From Solirubrobacterales bacterium (GTDB taxonomy: Bacteria; Actinomycetota; Thermoleophilia; Solirubrobacterales; Solirubrobacteraceae), in NCBI GenBank assembly GCA_019247075.1, contig JAFAPR010000008.1:3074-67073 (forward strand): DNA of 64,000 bases, given 5' to 3'. A program made the position numbers and the translations under genes. How positions within the stretch are numbered: the stretch's first letter is position 1; each line of letters begins with the position of its first letter. The notes below the pieces were generated by a model. The model was given only the letters and a program-made list of their open reading frames with translations. It searched no databases and was not told the origin of the DNA. Positions 58,239-64,000 of the stretch are shown here, piece by piece.

Positions 58239-59241
58239 CCGCCTCGTTATCGGTCTCAGGCACCAGATCGGCGGGCCGACGGCCGCTGAGGACATCGACC
58301 ACCGCGCGAATGCCGCGGGAGCGAAGCTCGGACACGGCACGGTCGGAGTACCAAGCGATGTGAGGGGTCACGAGGGTGCGCGGGTGGCGCAGCAGGCGAT
58401 TTGACGGCCCCGGAGGCTCGTCGGTGAGGACGTCGAGGGCGGCTCCCGCGAGCTTCCCTGCGTCGAGCGCGTCCGCGAGGGCATCCTCGTCTATAAACGC
58501 CCCGCGTGCGACGTTGACCACGTAAGCGCTGCGCTTGAGCAGTGAGAGACGCCGGCGATCGAGCATCTTGTCGTCGTTTCCCGTGCGCAGGGCGTGGATG
58601 CTCACGACGTCGGCCTCCGTGAGCAGTTCATCGAGTTGCGTCGGTCGGGCCCCTTGACGGCTTATCTCCTCCGCGGCCAGGTGTGGATCGAAGGCGCGAA
58701 CGGAAAAGCCAAACGCCCGCGCCCTCCGAGCCACTGCTCGGCCGATGCGGCCGAACCCGATGACGCACCAGGTCAGATCCGCGCAGCGCCTCACGGGGCC
58801 GGTGTGCACCTGAATCCAGTCGCCGTCGAGCGCTTGTTGCCTGAGCGGGTCGAGCCTTCGCAGCAGGCTGAGGCCGACCGCAAGGGTGTGGTCGGCCACC
58901 TCCTCGGTGCAATAACCGGCGACGTTGGCGACCGCGATGCCCAGTCGTCGGGCGGTCTCGAGATCGATGCCGTCGTAACCGGTGCCGAACTCCGAGACGA
59001 CCTTCAGCTGCGGATAGCGCTGGAGATCTTCCGCCGTCACGCGCGCCCCTTCAGACAGCAGAGCGACGACGCGTGGACGCTGCGACTCCTGAAGGTCCTC
59101 GAGCCTTATCAAATCGACCCCCAACGGCGCCAGCGCGGCCTGCTCGAGTGCCAGGTCACCCCATTCAAGATTGAGGGCAATCACCAGCGGAGAGTCGATT
59201 CGTCCGCTCTCCCCTGCTCGCGTTGGTGGGTCGGTTTTCAT
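58228..59241 (-). CDS. D-isomer-specific 2-hydroxyacid dehydrogenase (CtBP-like)
   Basis: GYDGID, EEVADH, GFGRIG, NVARG, DVL..EP, TPHIAWYS. Confidence 0.9.
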   Translation of the reverse strand: MKTDPPTRAGESGRIDSPLVIALNLEWGDLALEQAALAPLGVDLIRLEDLQESQRPRVVALLSEGARVTAEDLQRYPQLKVVSEFGTGYDGIDLETARRLGIAVANVAGYCTEEVADHTLAVGLSLLRRLDPLRQQALDGDWIQVHTGPVRRCADLTWCVIGFGRIGRAVARRARAFGFSVRAFDPHLAAEEISRQGARPTQLDELLTEADVVSIHALRTGNDDKMLDRRRLSLLKRSAYVVNVARGAFIDEDALADALDAGKLAGAALDVLTDEPPGPSNRLLRHPRTLVTPHIAWYSDRAVSELRSRGIRAVVDVLSGRRPADLVPETDNEAVNG

Positions 59242-59242
59242 C

Positions 59243-60466
59243 TCACGGCAATCGAGCTAACCGGCGGACCTCATCCGCCGCCCTGCGGCCGCTTCGAAGC
59301 GCGCCTTCCATGAGACCGCTCCACTGACCTGCCGCGTATTCGCCGGCGAAGTGCAACCCGTCGACAGGGGCCTCGAGCTGCGTCTCATCCACCGGGCACA
59401 CGCCATCGGCCCGATACGCCCCGTGGGCCCAGGGCTCATCGTCCCAATTGGTGAGCACCGCCTCCCGCGTCACCAACTCGAGGTTTGCGCGAAGAGCTCC
59501 GACCCGTGCGAGCCACCCGCCGGCACCATCGGCGATCGCGAGGCGGGTGAGCGCAGACGGCGATCCGGCTAAGCAGTTCAGAACGGGCGCGACGCGTCCA
59601 TCGCCATCCGCGGCGGTCCAGCACCAGAAGCGATCGTGAACGCTCATGACCGCGCTGCTTGAGGCGCTCGCGCCAAGCGGAACGTGCAGCTTGGCGGCGT
59701 GCCCGATCTCCACGCGGGCGAGCGCATCTCGCTTCCAGGCGGGCAATGGAGGATCGATGGCCAAGTCGCGCAACACCGGGAGCGGCACGGCCAGGATGAC
59801 ACGGCGCGCTTCGAGCTCCCCGCCTTCGACGATCACGCGGATGTGCTCGCCGCGCCGATCCAGCGCGGCAACAGGCGTGCCGAGCTTGACGCGATCGCGG
59901 CCGAGACTGCCGGCCATGGCGCTAGCGAGGAGCTGGTTGCCGCCGGCGACGCGGTGGCTCGGCAAGGGCTCGAATGAGGCGACGTGATCGAGGACGGACG
60001 GCGCTAGCCGGTCGGCCTCCAGCGCGCAGGAGATCTCCACCCGGGCACGGACCGCCTCGGCGAGGTCCGCCGGCAGCCCTGCGGCTGCGATCACATCCGC
60101 GACCGACGGAACGTCAGACCCACGGGCAGCGCGCGCCACGATCCTGCCGGCCCGCGCGAGCGCTGCCGCCTCGACCCCGGGGAGGTCGCGCGGCTCACGC
60201 ACGTAGTAGCTCATCCCTGTATCGGCGAGCGCGAGGCCATGGCAGGCCGCGAGCGCTTCCAGCGCCCTGTACCCGGACAGGACGAACTCCGCGCCCCGCT
60301 CGATCACGCACCGGGACCCGTCGGGGGCCTCCAAACTCTCCGACCACACCCGACCGCCCACCCGTGTGCGCGCCTCGAGCACTACTACATCGATACTGGC
60401 CCGCGCGAGCTCGGTGGCGGCGGCCAGACCGGCGAATCCGGCGCCGACGACTATCACCTCGACCAT
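59243..60466 (-). CDS. Flavin monoamine oxidase family protein
   Basis: VGAGFAGL.AA, LEARTRVGGR, ERGAEFV, FAGE, MEGALRSG. Confidence 0.88.
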   Translation of the reverse strand: MVEVIVVGAGFAGLAAATELARASIDVVVLEARTRVGGRVWSESLEAPDGSRCVIERGAEFVLSGYRALEALAACHGLALADTGMSYYVREPRDLPGVEAAALARAGRIVARAARGSDVPSVADVIAAAGLPADLAEAVRARVEISCALEADRLAPSVLDHVASFEPLPSHRVAGGNQLLASAMAGSLGRDRVKLGTPVAALDRRGEHIRVIVEGGELEARRVILAVPLPVLRDLAIDPPLPAWKRDALARVEIGHAAKLHVPLGASASSSAVMSVHDRFWCWTAADGDGRVAPVLNCLAGSPSALTRLAIADGAGGWLARVGALRANLELVTREAVLTNWDDEPWAHGAYRADGVCPVDETQLEAPVDGLHFAGEYAAGQWSGLMEGALRSGRRAADEVRRLARLP

Positions 60467-60470
60467 TGGC

Positions 60471-61220
60471 TCACTTGGAGAGTCGCCGCTCGGTCGCCTC
60501 CTCGGCGTCCGGCGTCTGTGCGAGCAACCCATAGGCGAGACGTTCGAGCTCGAGCCCGGCCGACCGCGCGCCCTCGCTCATCGAGTCGATCACGCGCTTG
60601 GTCACCCGGGCGGCGAGCTGTGGAAGCGCCGCGAGGCGCTCGGCGTGGATCAGCGCACGGGAAAGCGCCTCGCCCTCGCCGACGACCTCCGTGACCAGCC
60701 CCATGTGGTGTGCTTCCGGCGCCGAGACGCGATCTCGCAGCAGGATCAGCTCCTTGGCTCTGGCCGGTCCGAGCATCTGCACGAGACGGTGCGTGCCCCC
60801 TGAGCTGGGCAAGATCCCCAGTCCCACCTCAGGCAGCCCAAAGACGGCGTGCTCATCCGCGATGCGGAAGTCGGTGGCCAGGGCAAGCTCGAGCCCGCCT
60901 CCGAGGCAGTAACCGGAAATCGCGGAGAAGGTGGGCTGGGGAAGGCCCGCGACCCGTTCGGCGAAGTCGCCGGTCCCCTCGTAGTAAGAAACGATCGCGG
61001 CGGGGTCGAGTCCCCGCATCTCGTTCAGGTCGGCTCCGGCGGAGAACGCGCGTGCGCCCCCGGTCAATACCACGCAGGCGGCCTCCCGTAACTCGTTGCG
61101 GTCCAGTGCGGCGCACAGTTCGCGCTCGAGCTCACTCGAGATCGCGTTCAGCTTGTGCTCACGGCGGAGCGTGACGATGCAGGTCCGCTGTTCGCGGCGC
61201 AGCTCGAGCAGCTCAGGCAT
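60471..61220 (-). CDS. Enoyl-CoA hydratase/isomerase
   Basis: FSAGADL, CLGGGLELAL..D, FGLPEV.LGI.P. Confidence 0.92.
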   Translation of the reverse strand: MPELLELRREQRTCIVTLRREHKLNAISSELERELCAALDRNELREAACVVLTGGARAFSAGADLNEMRGLDPAAIVSYYEGTGDFAERVAGLPQPTFSAISGYCLGGGLELALATDFRIADEHAVFGLPEVGLGILPSSGGTHRLVQMLGPARAKELILLRDRVSAPEAHHMGLVTEVVGEGEALSRALIHAERLAALPQLAARVTKRVIDSMSEGARSAGLELERLAYGLLAQTPDAEEATERRLSK

Positions 61221-62022
61221 GACTGGGCTGCTCGGCCAGGCCCCATGCATCGGCCCCGCCGTCGACGACCAGCGTCGTGCCGGTGATGTAGGCGCCGCCG
61301 GAGGTGGCGAGAAACGCGATCAAGCTGGCGACCTCCTGGGGGGACCCAAGACGCCCGAGTGGAACGCTGCGCCGCCACCGCTCGACGGCATCGTCGCCGT
61401 ACTGCGCCAAGGCGTCGGTGGCGATCGTTCCCGCCGCGATGCAGACTGAGCGGATCCGGTGGCGGCTCCATTCCAGGGCAAGGCCGGAGGCGAGGTTGGC
61501 GATCGCCGCGCGTGCCGCGCAAGCGTGGGCGAATCCGGGAATGCCGCGGAGGGGGCTGAAGCCAAGGAACACGATGAGTCCGCTCTTGCGCGGGATCATC
61601 GAGCGTGTCGCCACCGCGCGCGTGACGCTCCAGGTCGCGTCCAGTGTCAGTCGGGCGACCGCGCGCCATCCCTGGTCCGAGATCTGCTCCGCCGGTGCCT
61701 CGAACTGGCCCCCCGCGTTGTTGACCAAGACCTCGATCCCGCCGAAGCGCTGCACCGCAGCGTCCACGATCCGCTCGACCTGCTCGGACTCGCGGACGTC
61801 AGCCGGCACGGCCAGGCAGCGCCCCCCGGAGCGCTCGATCTCGGTGGCTGTAGCCCTGAGGGGCTCCTCGCGCCGTCCGCAGATGACCACATCGGCGCCT
61901 GTGCACGCGAGCTCCAACGCGGTGGCGCGGCCGATACCGGTCCCGCCGCCGGTCACGAGCGCGACCCTCCCCGCGTTGGCGTCGGGGCGCAGCGGCGAGA
62001 CGAACGGCGACGCGGTCGTCAT
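61213..62022 (-). CDS. SDR oxidoreductase (enoyl/dienoyl-CoA reductase-like)
   Basis: TGGGTGIG, NNAGGQF, HACAARA in place of YxxxK. Confidence 0.88.
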   Translation of the reverse strand: MTTASPFVSPLRPDANAGRVALVTGGGTGIGRATALELACTGADVVICGRREEPLRATATEIERSGGRCLAVPADVRESEQVERIVDAAVQRFGGIEVLVNNAGGQFEAPAEQISDQGWRAVARLTLDATWSVTRAVATRSMIPRKSGLIVFLGFSPLRGIPGFAHACAARAAIANLASGLALEWSRHRIRSVCIAAGTIATDALAQYGDDAVERWRRSVPLGRLGSPQEVASLIAFLATSGGAYITGTTLVVDGGADAWGLAEQPSHA

Positions 62023-62114
62023 TGCGGCAATCCTACGTCCCCTGCCGTTGCGAGCCCGGGACAGACTCATACAATCTCCCTACCGACGGAGACTGCAAGG
62101 AAGGAGGTGATTGG

Positions 62115-64000
62115 ATGCCAAAGCAACGCGGCAGGCTGACCGAGCCTCTGATACGCGAGAACGGTTCGCTCCGCCCGGCGGGGTGGGACGAGGCGCTCGA
62201 TGTCGCGGCGGCGGGGCTCGCTCGGGCCCGCGCACAGGACGCGACGCGGTCGTTCGGGATGTTCAGCTGTTCGAAGGCCTCGAACGAGGTGAACTTTCTG
62301 GCGCAGAAGTTCGCGCGCTCTGTGATGGGGTCGAGCAATATCGACTCCTGCAACCGCACTTGACACGCTCCTAGCGTCGTCGGTCTGGCGACGGTGTTCG
62401 GTGCTGGCGGTGGGACGTCGTCCTATAAAGAGGCCGAGGAGACGGATCTGCTGATCCTGTGGGGCTCAAACGCGCGCGAGACGCATCCGATCTTCTTCCA
62501 CCACGTGCTCAAGGGTGTGCATCGTGGGGCGAGGCTGTACGTGATCGATCCGCGGCGAACCGGCTCGGCTCAGTGGGCCGACACCTGGTTGGGGCTCGAT
62601 GTCGGCACCGACATCGCGCTCGCGAACACGATTGCCCGGGAGATCATCCACGCCGGACTCGCCAACGAAACCTTCGTCGACCGAGCGACGACGGGATTCG
62701 CCGAGTATCGAGAGTCGGTCGAGCCGTGGACGCTCGAGCACGGCGAGCGCATCACCGGCGTCCCTGCGGAGACGATTCGCGAGCTGGCGCACACCTACGC
62801 GCGCGCGGACCGGGCGATCCTGTGCTGGACGCTTGGCATCACCGAGCACGTCACCGCGGCCGACAACGTTCTCGCGCTGATCAACCTCGGGCTGCTCACC
62901 GGCCATGTCGGTCGCTACGGATCGGGTCTGAATCCGCTGCGCGGCCAGAACAACGTCCAGGGCGGCGGCGACATGGGCGCGATCCCGGACAAGCTGCCGG
63001 GCTTCCAGGACGTCGAGAACGACCACGCCGCACGGGCCCGGTTCGAGGCAGCCTGGGGCGTAAAGCTGCCGCCCCGGCGTGGCTGGCACCTCTCGCAGAT
63101 GTTCGAGGCGATGGAGCGCGGCGAGCTGCGCACGCTGTACGTGTTCGGCGAGAACCCCGCGCAGTCGGAGGCGGACTCCAAGAAAGCGCTCGAGGCGCTG
63201 GAGGGGCTCGACTTCCTGATCGCCCAGGACATCCTCATGACGAGGACCTGCGCGATGGCCGATGTGGTTCTGCCGGGAACGGCTTCGTGGTGCGAGGTCG
63301 AGGGCGGCACCGTTACGAACAGCGAGCGCCGGGTGCAGCGGATGCGCAAGGCGCTGGACCCGCCGGGCCAGGCCCGCGACGACCACTGGATCATCGTCGA
63401 GCTGGCGCGCCGCCTGGGCCATGACTGGGGTCATCCCACGCTGGAGCAAGCCTGGGACGAGCTGCGCTCCCTGAGCCCGATGCACCGCGGCATGAGCTAC
63501 GAGCGGCTTGAGGAGTTGGGTGGAATCCAGTGGCCGTGTCCGAGCGAGGACCATCCTGGCTCGCTTTACCTGCACGGACGGCTGTGGTCTGAGCCCGTCG
63601 AGGGCCGGCGCGCACCGTTCTCCGTAACGCCGTGGGTAGCGCCGATCGATGAACTGAACGATGAATTCCCGATACGGCTGACCACGGGCAGGCGCCTGGA
63701 CTCCTACAACACGGGAGTGCAGACCAACCTCTACAGCTCGCCGCTGCGCCGCGGCGAGACCCTCGACCTGCATCCTGAGGACGCGGCGAACCTTGGTGTC
63801 GAGCCGGGCGAGACCGTAAAGGTGAGCTCCCGGCGGGGCTCGATCCAGGCGCCCGTGCGGCTTGACTGCAACCTGCGTCCAGGGCTTGCGTTCATGACGT
63901 TTCACTTCCCGGACGAGATCGACGTCAACGTGCTGACGATCGACGCCACGGACCCCAAGTCGGGGACCGCGGAGTACAAGGCGACGGCGGTGCAGGTTGA
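62115..64000 (+). CDS. Selenocysteine-containing formate dehydrogenase-type molybdopterin subunit (3' end off window)
   Basis: AAGGAGGT RBS; NIDSCNRT-[TGA]-HAPSVVGL; frame stays open through LRGQNNVQG, TNSERRVQ, LTTGRRL to the window edge. Confidence 0.9.
62361..62393 (+). promoter_or_regulatory. In-frame UGA (Sec) with bacterial SECIS hairpin
   Basis: TGA at 62361; 11 nt later stem CGTCGTC / loop GGTCT / GGCGACG (62375-62393), resembling the E. coli fdhF SECIS. Confidence 0.85.

Noticed and set aside
62115-64000. FDH pseudogene with a nonsense mutation
   Set aside because: The TGA is at the catalytic Cys/Sec position and is followed by a SECIS-like hairpin.

Overview
High-GC actinobacterial chromosomal DNA; the gene families and many apparently leaderless starts suggest Thermoleophilia/Solirubrobacterales (inference). 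I found no rRNA, tRNA, CRISPR array, integrase or transposase. From left to right: (1) partial murJ, an Fe/2OG-type oxygenase, a cupin inside a rearrangement scar, a MazF-type toxin-antitoxin pair, and a CHAD + orphan ParA pair; (2) a ~19 kb hydroxypyridine catabolic island (maleamate pathway: two NicX, NicD, NicF, maleate isomerase, a four-component Mo-hydroxylase, two PEP-utilising His-phosphocarrier proteins, one PPDK-type ATP-binding subunit, a MetE-like Zn enzyme, NCS1 permease, HD protein, RidA, GntR); (3) an MFS transporter, a nitrilase-family hydrolase and katE; (4) a SARP/cyclase/STAND regulator followed by ycaO, tfuA and an 82-aa NHLP-like small protein, a candidate new thioamide RiPP or protein-thioamidation system; (5) an NdvB-like GT2 + GH8 pair; (6) a lysine/pipecolate-to-glutaryl-CoA cluster with a fused E1 and no E2/E3; (7) a secreted phosphoesterase-YVTN protein and a redox operon; (8) a selenocysteine (UGA + SECIS) formate-dehydrogenase-type Mo/W subunit running off the right end. 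Two -1 frameshifts in GGGG runs are probably sequencing errors. All family calls come from motif recognition by eye; no database searches were run.
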